A DNA stretch of 62,055 bases, counting the filler. It is 14 parts of 14 records of this genome, joined end to end, with 100 filler letters (N's around TTAATTAATTAA, not from the genome) between each part and the next. Parts side by side here need not be neighbours in the genome. Positions count along the whole stretch, not along the records: positions 8,867 to 12,500 come from SRR7504441_30451; positions 12,601 to 16,394 come from SRR7504441_30870; positions 16,495 to 19,998 come from SRR7504441_31047; positions 20,099 to 23,691 come from SRR7504441_31215; 10 more parts are not named here. The stretch is one strand, 5' to 3'. Below the pieces are notes generated by a model that was given only the letters and a program-made list of their open reading frames with translations, was not told where the DNA came from and ran no database searches. A program made the translations under genes and the position numbers. This document shows positions 12,026 to 23,000 of this stretch, piece after piece. Every line of letters starts with the position of its first letter. The first letter of the stretch is position 1.

Positions 12026-12328
12026 CCAAGCCCGTCATAAGAATATCATAACAATAAGTAGAGCATTGAGCGTTCATTCTAGAGTGGGCTCAACAAAATT
12101 AATGCTAGGACTAAGGTAGGACTAAGGTCAACCTAAGTATAAAATGAATAGTGAGCCTCGGGCTACAATTAGATACCTAGCGGTGCAGCGGCATCAATGG
12201 CCACGCGTTCACGAGGTCCCGGTCGCTAGGTCGCGTGAACGACGAGTATACTACGAGTATACGAGTACATTTACTCAACGTAGACTTCGAAACAAACGGC
12301 AAATCAAGAGTCTAGAACTCTCAATTAT

Positions 12329-12499
12329 TTATACAATCGGTTTGAGCACCAGCTCATTCACGAACCTCTTCGGGCTGTCGCCGTAATAGTTATTGAGCAG
12401 CCCTCTGCCGCTGTGCTCATAAATCCTCTGCTGTGAGAGCTGGTACCAGTCCTCCGGCTGCTTGAGTCCAAGCTGCTCGCCCAGCCACTGGGCATACAG
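12329..12499 (-). CDS. C-terminal fragment with a WLGxxLGxxxxEDWY...GxGLL..YY.DSP repeat unit (absent from ORF track)
   Basis: Translates LYAQWLGEQLGLKQPEDWYQLSQQRIYEHSGRGLLNNYYGDSPKRFVNELVLKPIV*. Confidence 0.65.
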   Translation of the reverse strand: MYAQWLGEQLGLKQPEDWYQLSQQRIYEHSGRGLLNNYYGDSPKRFVNELVLKPIV

Positions 12500-12500
12500 C

Positions 12501-12600
12501 NNNNNNNNNNNNNNNNNNNNNNNNNNNNNNNNNNNNNNNNNNNNTTAATTAATTAANNNNNNNNNNNNNNNNNNNNNNNNNNNNNNNNNNNNNNNNNNNN
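12501..12600. other. Artificial contig spacer
   Basis: N44-TTAATTAATTAA-N44. Confidence 0.98.
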
Positions 12601-14606
12601 GCCGACAGCACCACCGCTGGCTGCTCCTCGTGCGCGCTCTCTTGAATTACAATCGATGGCGCCATCAAACTCGACTCAGAAGCCACAATCGACGCCTGTA
12701 ACTTCCGTTAAAAAGCGGTTGGGGATTGAGCAGAGACCTCTGTGGCGACGATTTCGCGAGGCGTCGCGTCGGGTCGCTTGTTGTGAGCCAAACTCTGCTT
12801 TTTCACCTCCAGAAGCCTGCAGCCCTCAATTATTGAATAATTGAGAATAAAAGATTGACCGGGCGTTGAACTTTGAGATGCGGTCGTCATGCTGCTCGTT
12901 GCATCGCTGCAATTAATCAAGAGTTAACCCAGCTGTAACTGCTAAATGCCACCTGAATCGCATTGCAAGCGTTGGTCACTAGCTTGAGCCGCTGATCGGT
13001 GCACACAAGCTCCGATTGGATCGCCGCGCGCTCATCCGCATCCGTTACCGACTCCGCCTGCAGCCGCTCAGTAATGGAAATCACAACGGCAGTCGCCTTG
13101 GCCTTGAGTGCGGCGATTGTTTCCTCAACCTCGGCCTTGTCGGCTAATTTGGACTCGAGTGCTTTTTTCGAACTGTCACCACCGGCAGTTAGTTTGATGT
13201 AACTGCAGTTGACTGGGCACTTGGAGATGGCCTGGGCCTCTTTCTCGATCTGCGCTGTGATAGTTTTCATCTCCTGCAACAGAAATTCAGTTCGCACTCT
13301 GGTCCTGCGGGCACCTCGGTCTCCTCTTGGGTCTCGATGGCCCGCAGCTCCTGCCGCAGCGCGTGATTCCCTTGCATGCCTCTGCACCCGAGCGCGTGCG
13401 CCTGCCTCAAGTCACCAACAGACACCATCGAAACGGCCCAATTAAATGAGTGTTAATCATTCTTACATGCTCTTGGGCGACTTTGTCGTTGTTTTCGAGA
13501 TCTTCTTGCATCTGCTCCAGCAACCCAGCGAGCAGCCGCACCTGCGATTACTTAATAAAAAAACACACCACATCCGCAGCAGACCTCCTCGGCCAGGTTG
13601 TCTTTGTCAGCCAGCAACTGCCTTCGAGTCTCGGCCTCCTGAATCAGTGACTCCCGCAGCTCCGCAATCACTTGACTGCCGCCCACATCGGCCACACGCG
13701 CGCCGGCCATCCACACCTCGAGCGCGCATTGGCGGCGGTCAGCCGGGCTCGGACTTGGTCGCATCCGCTGTTCAGCGCTGCAGTCTCGTCGACTGACGCC
13801 TTCACCATGGCTTCCACCCTGCCCGCGCCCGGTGGGTCGCCCGACAGACAGTGCACGCACCGCTCCATTTGAGCCCGCAGCTGCCCCACGTCCTGCTGGA
13901 AGCTGGTCCGAGCCTCGTTTGGTTTGTCCAGCTCACTCTGCACAGCGGCTCGCGCCCGGCGCCAGGCGCCGGCTGACCGTCATCTTCTTGATGCCCTGCT
14001 TGACAGCCTTTTTACGCTCCTTAAACTCCTTCTGGAAGGTGCGCATCGACTTCTCGATCTTAGACCGCAGCTCGAACAGCTTCTTGTACGTAGGCTCCTC
14101 CGCCGGCTCGCCCTCCTGCGCCGCCGCTCGGCCGCCTGCCCACCCGGGGCGGGCACCTCTGTCGGTTTGGCTGGAGTGGGCAGCGGGGTGACGCCGTCGA
14201 TCAGGCAGTCCTCCACCTCGAGAGCCATCGCCTCCACCTCCTGCGGCCGGCGGTCGGGCCAGCCCGGCGCACCGGCGCACCGCCTTCTGCGCCGCGATAG
14301 TGGCCGGTGAGTTGATCGCGATCGACACGTCTTTGAGAGGGGCGCTGCGGGTGGGCGAGCCCCGGCGCACCCGCAGCTTGCTCGGGGAGACGTTCTGCTG
14401 ATTGGACCGGTCGGCGGCCGCCTTGGCCGCTTGCGGCCCCAGGTTCTCGGCCATGTTCTCGGCGTCGACCAGCCGCTCTGCGCCGAACAGTGAGCCGGGG
14501 GGGCGGCGGGCGGGCGGGAGCCTGTGGTGACGCCATCGAACGTCTTCTGCGGCCCGGGCGCGCCCGGCTTGCAGTTGCCTCGGTCATCGCCGCCGCCACA
14601 GCTCAT
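12601..14606 (-). CDS. Long coiled-coil hypothetical protein, many introns, 3' truncated
   Basis: Exon pieces (KKLFELRSKIEKSMRTFQKEFKERKK, ALESKLADKAEVEETIAALKAK) are joined by 40-50 nt introns; first intron probably GC-AG at 14478-14521. Confidence 0.6.
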
Positions 14607-14667
14607 TGCGCTATCAGTTTGGATCAAACGATTTTGGGCGCAGCCGTTATTTATTAAAATAAAATCA
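14607..14667. promoter_or_regulatory. 61-bp bidirectional promoter with CCGTTA (14644-14649) and an AT-rich tract
   Basis: Between inferred ATGs at 14606(-) and 14668(+). Confidence 0.5.
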
Positions 14668-15192
14668 ATGGCTGACCAGTCCAAGGCCGCGGACGGCGGC
14701 CGGAAGCCCGAGCCAGCCCGGTCGCGCGGGATCCCACCGGAGCTGCTCAAGCAGCTGCTGCCGCCCCGCCCGGCCGGGCACTGCGCTGCCGCTAACCGGG
14801 CCCCTGTCCGACTCTTCCACCGGGCCTCGGCAACCGAGCCGCACTGCTACCGTCACTTGGCGGTGCTGCCCCCTTCCATGATGGGCCAGACACGGCCCCG
14901 GGCAGACCCGGCCTCTAGCCCCGACGGCCCACCGGCCGCGCACCACGCCGGCCGTTGCCAACCGCCGCCGAGCCTCTGCCAAGCTCCCTGCAGCCGCCGC
15001 CGCCGCCGCCGGCCCGCCGCCCGAGGAGCGGCCTCCACCGGCTACCTGCCGTCCAACGGCAACCCAACGGCATTCGAGCGCCCGCCGGCCGCAGACGAGT
15101 CGGCGGGATTGCCCAATCCGACGGCGAGGTGCTTGGTGGCTCGAGCTTGTGTGGTGACCCCATACAGGCGGGAACAACTTAGTGGCGTATAA
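14668..15192 (+). CDS. Low-complexity Pro/Ala/Arg-rich hypothetical protein
   Basis: ATG follows an AT-rich promoter-like tract; no recognisable domain. Confidence 0.35.
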   Translation: MADQSKAADGGRKPEPARSRGIPPELLKQLLPPRPAGHCAAANRAPVRLFHRASATEPHCYRHLAVLPPSMMGQTRPRADPASSPDGPPAAHHAGRCQPPPSLCQAPCSRRRRRRPAARGAASTGYLPSNGNPTAFERPPAADESAGLPNPTARCLVARACVVTPYRREQLSGV

Positions 15193-15851
15193 CGGATACA
15201 ATGCGATTCGGACCAAAGTTAAAGAGGCTGAGTTACGTGTCCGCAAGGTGCTCGGCCTGGGTGGTTGCCGTTCGGTTGATCTAACGGCAGTCTGCGGCTG
15301 GGAACTCTGCATTTCGATCGCTGGAGCCAGTCGAGCAATCAATACAAACGGTGCTTTCTAATTATAGTTTACTATACTTAATAATAGTGTACTATACTAG
15401 ACGGGAGCTCGGGGCAGGTAACGGCAGATTGGGTCGAGTTGGAGTGCCCACAGACCGAGCGTATATTGCAGAAACAGCAGGTGAGTGGCAGTGCCGGTAG
15501 AGTCTTTAGAGGGCTTGGGCAGCATCAAGAGATCAGGCAGCAAAGGCTGAGCGTTTGGACTTCTAGCTCGCCGCGGCAGTCCGAGTTATGGGCGGCCGAG
15601 CCGGAAGTGGCAAGTCCGGCTGTAACTGATGTTGAAGGCACTGAGTAACTGCAGGTTTGGGCCACAATGAGCTGCTGAGGAATGCAGTTACAACACCGGA
15701 GCTGGTTGATTCGTTCCTTCAGAGCAGGTTAATGATGGGCGAGGTGGAAGCGGCTCGGACGGTCCGTTGGAATAGACGACGTTCGGGATTGATTTGGTCG
15801 CAGGTGAACCAACCTCGGTTTGCACAATGCTTGCTCGAGAGGTCTGGCTGT

Positions 15852-15912
15852 TAGTAGTAGTAATAGCAGTCTAGTAGTAGTAATGCTGGTAGTAGTAGTA
15901 GTAGCAGTACAG
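15852..15912 (+). repeat. Degenerate (TAG)n microsatellite
   Basis: tagtagtagtaatagcagtctagtagtagtaatgctggtagtagtagtagtagcag. Confidence 0.85.
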
Positions 15913-16394
15913 TGCTCGAGTTACTGATTGGAGAGCTCTAACAAAGGTCCGAGCTTCACACAAACGACCAGCATGCACGTTACAAAGGGCACATACAGCG
16001 GTTTGAATCAACGCACGATCGGGTGGGCTCCCTGTATTTAGCCAGACCTGAAAGTTGCATGGCCCAGGTAGTTTCAGTACTGGACAAGAAGTTACGAGGC
16101 CAAGACCGATGCCGGTACCGTCCGACAATCATGGCTGAGTAACGGCTCGACACAGGTACTCAGCCAGCGTGGCGCGATTGGAAGCGCTCTCTTCATACCT
16201 TGGATCTCTCGCAACGGGCAACGACGGTGGCGCTGAGGCCGCGCTCCAGACTGTAACCACTGCCCGCACGACGGCTGGAGAGTTGACTCAACGGCTCTCA
16301 GGTTCGGTTAGAAGTGCGACACCGGAATTTGGCGGAGAAGCTGTCTGTTTACCGCCGGTTTTCGTGGTTTATTGCAATCACCACCATGCAGGTA

Positions 16395-16494
16395 NNNNNN
16401 NNNNNNNNNNNNNNNNNNNNNNNNNNNNNNNNNNNNNNTTAATTAATTAANNNNNNNNNNNNNNNNNNNNNNNNNNNNNNNNNNNNNNNNNNNN
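16395..16494. other. Artificial contig spacer
   Basis: N44-TTAATTAATTAA-N44. Confidence 0.98.
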
Positions 16495-16496
16495 AG

Positions 16497-16736
16497 CAGC
16501 AGCCCGAGGCTGCATCAGCCCCAGCTCCTAACAGCCCCCAGGCGGACAAGCCACGTGACCCGCTGGATGAGGCGTTTGAGGCCCGGTATGCTGCGGACGA
16601 GGCCAGAGCTCGGCTGGAGGCAGGATTGAGCTTTGAGCAACTGGACACCAACAAGGACGGATTTATCGACCGTACAGAATGGGCTCAAGGTATGGGACCA
16701 TCAGATACTGCTGCCAACCCGAGAATCGACGTCTAG
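16497..16736 (+). CDS. C-terminal fragment of an EF-hand protein
   Basis: ...FEQLDTNKDGFIDRTEWAQG...RIDV*; canonical EF loop. Confidence 0.65.
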   Translation, partial: QQPEAASAPAPNSPQADKPRDPLDEAFEARYAADEARARLEAGLSFEQLDTNKDGFIDRTEWAQGMGPSDTAANPRIDV

Positions 16737-17051
16737 CTAAATAGCCTGTGGATCAACAATTTTTCCTGTGCTTTATGACGGCTTGATCGCATTATGATTG
16801 CATGCTCGCAGCGCCTTTTACTTAGTTACTCTAGTCTCAAAGTTCTCAAATTACTACTTACGATATTACAACTATATCTTGGATTCATTACATTGCGGCT
16901 ATCATCATTACATCATCATTACAGCCGCATTGCAGTGCTCTAGTTAATTAATCGATGTCGTGACACTACCGTACGATGTGCCCACAGCTCGTTTAAAGTC
17001 GGATTCCCCATGACGTCTGCTCGGCCGCGCATGCCGAGCCGACGGTTCCCC

Positions 17052-17819
17052 TCAGTACTGCAGTCCAGGCAGCATCGGCCATATCTGCTCCGATTCCTCC
17101 AGGATCTGCACCTCCTCCTGATATATCTTAAGGTAGCTCTCCAGCGAGCAAGTCTGCGCCTGGACTCAGCCCGCGGCACGCTGGGCAGTTACCTGGCTGC
17201 TCCTGACCATGCTCTCGACCAGCTCGTTCCCCGGCAGCTTCTCGTGGTAGCTCGTCTTGAGGTTCTCTATTATCTCCGCGTGCTCCTGCCCGCCCGATCG
17301 GCCGGGCCCTATGGGGGTAGTCACCTCCGGCTGCATCTGACGCAGGATCTCGCCTATTTCGAGCAGGCCCTTGTAGCAGCGGTAAAGGTGCGGGGCGATG
17401 GCCTCCTTTTTCTCCAGGTCGTGGTCGGGTCGGGGCAGATTGAGCGACTTGACAAACCAGAGCGGCATGGCGAACTGGCCCACGTCCTCCATCGAGAGGA
17501 TCACCTTAATCTCCTTAATCGGCGATAGGCTGTCGCTGTGCAGCTGGCGCATGAAGGCCTCGATCATGAAGGCCGGGCCCTCGAGCATGTGCAGCATTGT
17601 GTCGTTCCCCATGTGCATGAGCACCCCCGCGTACTGGCAGCTCACCTCGTACGACTTGAGGAAGAGCGACTTGTGGTAACCCTCGAGCGCCTCGATGTCG
17701 TTGCACTCGGCCGACACTCGGCCGACGTAGATCACCCGGTTGAGCACCGTGGTGTCCGTGTCCCTCTGCTCCAGCACCACATCCAGCAGGCTCCGCCGGT
17801 GCTGGCCCTCCGAAGGCAT
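17052..17819 (-). CDS. TEX47/DYBLUP(MOT7)-like BLUF-fold axonemal dynein-associated protein, 2 introns
   Basis: RRSLLDV, RVIYVGR, GVLMH..MLHMLEGP, KVILSMEDV; spliced C-terminus SLESYLKIYQEEVQILEESEQIWP. Confidence 0.65.
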
Positions 17820-18294
17820 TCTGGGCCTAATTCTGTATCACTCCGGAATCACTGTCAGGGTCGCCCGTCCGTTGACTGATAGGTCATGAACCCGCCTGAT
17901 GGCCCGGCTTGAAAGATACGTACCCATGATACCAACCGAGCACCTGCCTGGGACTCTGTCCTCGCCTGTCACTAGCTCCATCATTAGCTCTGACTCGCAA
18001 TTGATACGCTCGCACCAGCTCGCACGCTTAATCTCGGTTCGAATTCAACTGCGTCAACCGTGACCCACCTCCGTAGCCCGCTCGCAGTCGAGCGACCAGT
18101 TGGACTATACCAGCCCTGGCTCGGCGGCCCGTGCCCGGGCTATTCCCGGCCTATTCCACGGCTTGTTCGAGCCTCGCATGAGTCGGCATGAGCGTCGATA
18201 GCGTCGAGCCTGGGTCGCTTTTGTCAAGGTCTCATCACAGCTCAAATTTCCACCGCGGTGACTCGGCGACGACAGGCTTGCACGGCCAGCTACG

Positions 18295-19778
18295 ATGATG
18301 GAGGAGCAGCAGATGGAAGAGCAGGTTGACAGCCCCTGCCCCAGTAGACGCCCTCGTCGCCGCTTCGCGCGCTGGGCTCGGCGGGCCGCGTGCTGGCCGC
18401 CGGGCCGGGATCTGACCGGCGGCGCAGGGCGGCACCCAGATGATGGAGGACGAGCAGGTCGGGCCGGAGCTGATCGAGCAGCTGGAGGTCACCACGCGCC
18501 TGTTGCCCCCGAGATGAACCGGGAGGGTGTTGGCAGGGCACTGGCATGAGCTCTGGCGACATAAAAAAGCTCAAGGAGGCGGGCTTCCACACTGTGCAGA
18601 GCGTGGCGTACGCCACGAAAAAGACGCTCATCGAGATCAAGGGCATCAGCGACACCAAGGCCGACAAGTTCTTGGAAGCAGCCGGGAAGATGGTTCACAT
18701 GGGGTTCTCCACCGCGACGGAGTGTCACCAGAACCGTGCCGATATGATTCAGCTTTCGACCGGATCGAAGACGCTGGACTCACTGCTGGAGGGTGCACGC
18801 GGGCAGCGTGGCCAGCGTGGCCCAACCGTGTGGTGGCAGGCGGCATCGAGACTGGGTCGATTACAGAGATCTTCGGCGAGTTCAGGACAGGCAAGACCCA
18901 GCTGTGCCACACTCTGGCCGTCATATCCCAGGTCTCTGGTGCACGTGTGGCGTCTGCGTCTGACCAGCTGGTACAGCTGCCTGTGGAACAGGGCGGTGCC
19001 GAGGGCAAGACCCTGTACATCGACACAGAGGGAACTTTTCGTCCGGCCAGGCTTATTCAGATCGCCGAGCGGTGCGATGCACTCAGGGGGGCAGCACTCA
19101 GGGGTGTGGCTCACAGTTTCGGTCTCGACGGCGAGAGTGTACTAGACAACGTGGCATATGCTCGCGCGTACAATTCTGACCACCAGTGCACCCTTCTCAA
19201 CCAGGCCTCCGCGCTCATGTCTCAGTCGAGGTTCGCAGCTCTCGCAGCCCGAGCTGACTGGTGCTTCAGGTATGGGCTGCTCATTGTGGATAGCGCCACC
19301 GCGCTATACCGGACGGACTACTCAGGGAGGGGCGAGCTGTCCGCTAGGCAGATGCACATGGCCAAATTTCTCAGGAGTCTGCAGCGGCTGGCTGATGAGG
19401 TGCCGCCCACCCTAGCCGCCACCACAATGCGCTGTGGCTGTGTGTCGAGTCTAAAGTTGACGTTTGGTTGCCTGAGCTTGCTGTGTTTGGCAGTACGGGA
19501 TTGCTGTTGTGATAACAAACCAAGTGGTGGCACAAGTCGACGGGATGAGCTTCGCCGGACCGACCTCAAAGCCGATCGGCGGCAACATCATGGCCCACGC
19601 CTCGACCACACGGTCCGGTCCAGCCATGTTGGGTGCTGATTCTGTGTCTCGCAGGCTGTCACTGCGCAAGGGGCGAGGAGAGAACAGGATCTGTAAGATC
19701 TACGACTCGCCAAACCTGCCGGAGGCTGAGGCCGTATTTAGCATCGGGGAGAAGGGCATCGACGACCCCCGCGAATGA
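18295..19778 (+). CDS. RAD51: DNA recombinase RAD51, 8 introns
   Basis: [57 protein letters not shown] (RAD51- rather than DMC1-type), [13 protein letters not shown]; introns 18325-18427, 18488-18536, 18793-18839, 18932-18976, 19072-19116, 19231-19269, 19400-19493, 19613-19654. Confidence 0.97.
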
Positions 19779-19998
19779 TCCTGTTCCGATTCCGCGTTTC
19801 AAAATTGTGCCACCAAAGGACCGTCAGGAGCACGTATAGCTCTCACCTGCCTGAATTAACGGCGGATGCTGATGGTGCGCAGACCATTTAATTAAGTAGT
19901 TGCCGTGCGGAGCTCGAGACATTGGAGAGCAGCTGTGAAGCCTTCCACCTCGTCTCAGTTTCTATGCAAAAGATCTCAGTCGAGCCTAGCTGCCATCA

Positions 19999-20098
19999 NN
20001 NNNNNNNNNNNNNNNNNNNNNNNNNNNNNNNNNNNNNNNNNNTTAATTAATTAANNNNNNNNNNNNNNNNNNNNNNNNNNNNNNNNNNNNNNNNNNNN
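19999..20098. other. Artificial contig spacer
   Basis: N44-TTAATTAATTAA-N44. Confidence 0.98.
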
Positions 20099-23000
20099 GA
20101 CCCAACTTGATCGAGGTTGCTCATGCTGTCATATTGCGCTGACCAGTACTGCAATTGAAGCTCCTTGACATCCACCAATGGCTCGTCAGACATCTTATAA
20201 TTGCTATTGGTATACTGCTCGCGGTGTGGATTCACCAGTGACCACAATGATTTGGTCCGATCCCTGATCATAATGCGATGCCGCTCGTGCTCCGAATCTG
20301 CTAGAAAATCGCCAAAACGGCAGGAGAAAACATGCTGCGAGATGGCCAGTAACAATCGCTCATCAAACTCGAAACGGTTTGGTTGTGCAGTGATCAGTTG
20401 GCGCACCGCATCCAAGAACATGATGAAGACGGCCGAACTGGCGGGTCGGCTAAACCAGTCGTCGCAGGTGTGGCCAAATGCCGTGCTAAATGGGTACCCG
20501 AGGCTGGCCCATTCCTTCTCTATCAAAACCTCAAACCCGAACACTGTGCGCGCGATTGGACAGAGCAGCACTTGAAGCAGCGAGCACAGGGGTGCAGACT
20601 CGTGCTTGGCCGAATCAAATAGAGCTACCCCGCCATACATGCCGCCTTCACTAGACGGCTGTTGAAGTAGGCTCTGCAAGGCGCCGGCTGTCCGGAGCAA
20701 CCCCCTTGTCATCTGGCACCATCTTGACTCTGCATAGTTCACACCTTGACGGTGCTTCTTCTGGAGAGCATATAACGCTTTCATGGTCGCAGGTCCGTCT
20801 GGAATTTGAACAGGGTATATGCTCGACCTGAACGTGCCCATAGCAGCGTTCATTTCACTCTTGCTTGGGGGCTTGCCATTCACCCTCACAAAGAGCCGGA
20901 CGCCATTCTCGTTGGCCGCCTCCATGCAGTTGAGCACTAGATTGTTGTCGTTGGCCCTCTGCAGCTTGCTGCCTCGAAGATTCATCGTGAACTCGCCGCA
21001 TTGAAGCAGCCCAATCTGGAGCATGGCATTCCAGTATGTCAGGATGGGGATCCGGCCATCTTTTCGAGCCGCCATCGCAGCCCTCACCGTGTCGTCCGTT
21101 GCCGTGGAGGGCACCACTAGCAGCGAAGGGTAGGTGTCACACCTTTCGTACTTCTGATTCAGAGTGCAGAACCGCCACTCCATTGACGGTACACCCATTC
21201 TCCTAAAGTCGCTCTCAGCGTCGTAAGTGTTCCATCCCGCATTTGGAACGTCATCGCTCGCATGCACGAATGCAAACGCTCGCTGAATGGAGACGTCTGA
21301 TTTGAGCATCAGCGTGTTGAGCAGTCTAATAGTCTCTTCAAAGTCGATCTCCGCATCAAACACCAGATGCACGTACAAGAAGCAGTATTTGGAACGAACA
21401 GAAATCGTCCGTTTGGCCGCGGATGAGCGCACCTTTGAAATAGCACCCACTGGGATGAATGCCAGCGCTCTCTCATCTGATTGGCCCGGCTGGCTGAAAT
21501 TGACCATCAAGCGGTAGTTGGTTAGGGCCAGGCTTGCTGCCAGCTGCACCTTCCGGCTGGGCTGTCCGGTCTGCTTCTTGAGGCTGATCTGGGGCACGTC
21601 GAGCAGTATGCTCTCGCCTGCCAGCAGCCCCTGCATCTCCTGCGACGGCTCGCCAGAGTCCTGGCCCAACATCATGAACGTCTCGGTCTGGTGGGCGCTG
21701 GCCGCCGCTCGCATCGACGCCTGGTTGAGCACAGACTCGCCAATTGCGATGTAGAGCTGCTGCGAGGCCCAGTCCAGCTCCCCTTCCGGCGACGGGCCGT
21801 GTGCGCTCGCGAGAAGGTGTTTCTGGAGCAAGTCTTGCACCTCGCGGATCTTGTGGGCCGGTAGGAACCGGCGGAGCTGCTCCGAAACCCGGACAGCTGA
21901 CAGCGCGCTGCTCTGCTGCTCAGGCCCGGCGGTCTGCTGGGAGATGCCCACTTCCCTGAAGAAGCTCTGGACCATCGAGCGCATCCGGAGCGCCCCGGAG
22001 AACTCTCGCAGCGTGACCTTCTCGTCCTTATCCATGTCCATGTCCTGGAACATGGCCCTCGCCTCCGCGTCTGCCCGCGCTGGGTCGTCGGTGCCGTACA
22101 TGAGCCGCGAGATGATCCTGGACAGCTTCGAGAGTTCATCCCGGGTGAGCCAGCCCTTGCCGCTGGCGTCGAACACCTTGAAGCACAGCTCGAGCTTCTC
22201 GTCTAGCGTGCCCGATTGGAGCATCGCCAGCCCGACACAGATCTCGCCCAGCGAGACTATTCCGCTCCCGTCGGCGTCGAACACCTTGAACAGCACCGAG
22301 AGCGGCAGCTGGTCGTGCCGGTACCGCGGGAGCAGCTCGGGCATCACCGCTTCAAACTGCTGGAGCGAGAAGCCTTGCTGGTCCGGATGCTGCTCGGCCT
22401 CAAATGCTCGAATCACCTCTTGCATCCAGAGCTTGTCCGAGCCGGTCATGGTGCCCTCGAACCGGCCGCGCCACGAGAGGTTGTTGAACAGGCTCCCGCG
22501 CCAGGCCTGCTGCTGATCTGCCTCTTGCTTGACCTGCTGCAGCACCGAGGTGAGCGCGAGGTAGTAAAGGTCGTTGAACGAGCCCTGCTGCCCGCAATCC
22601 CAACCGCCGGCCATCTCATCCGAGAACTTGTGCAGCCCCTGCCAGCCGCTCGCCCAGCCCCAGGCCGGGCCTTGCCTGGATCAGCTCGCTGGCCGGCACT
22701 TGGCGCGAGGACTGATCCACACACCGCTTGTATTCGCCTGCCCGTGGTCAGAGCCCCCCGCCTGGCACCCACCCAGGTCTGGCGGCTGCTGGGCGGCGGC
22801 TGCGGTGAGCTCCGGTCCGACCCGGTGCATGATGTACAAGATGGCCGCCACGGTGAGCTGGGTGCACCGGGTTCGGTCCTGCACGTCTACCTCGTACAGC
22901 TGGCCCCAGAACCCTACTAGCGCGTCCAGCGGTAAGCTCTTGGCCAGTGCACACATCAGGTGGTCGAGCACCAGCAGCGCCGTGTCTATCCCGGTCTGGC

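Noticed and set aside
16290-16394. Minus-strand TACCTG... followed by a hairpin, resembling the U1 snRNA 5' end
   Set aside because: No GATCACGAAG loop I, ATTGCAC loop II context or Sm site; truncated by the contig end
18295-19778. Apparent frameshifts in RAD51, ARP1, DPD and ABCG suggesting pseudogenes, recoding or an alternative genetic code
   Set aside because: All are resolved by short GT/GC-AG introns; TAA, TAG and TGA are each used as normal stops
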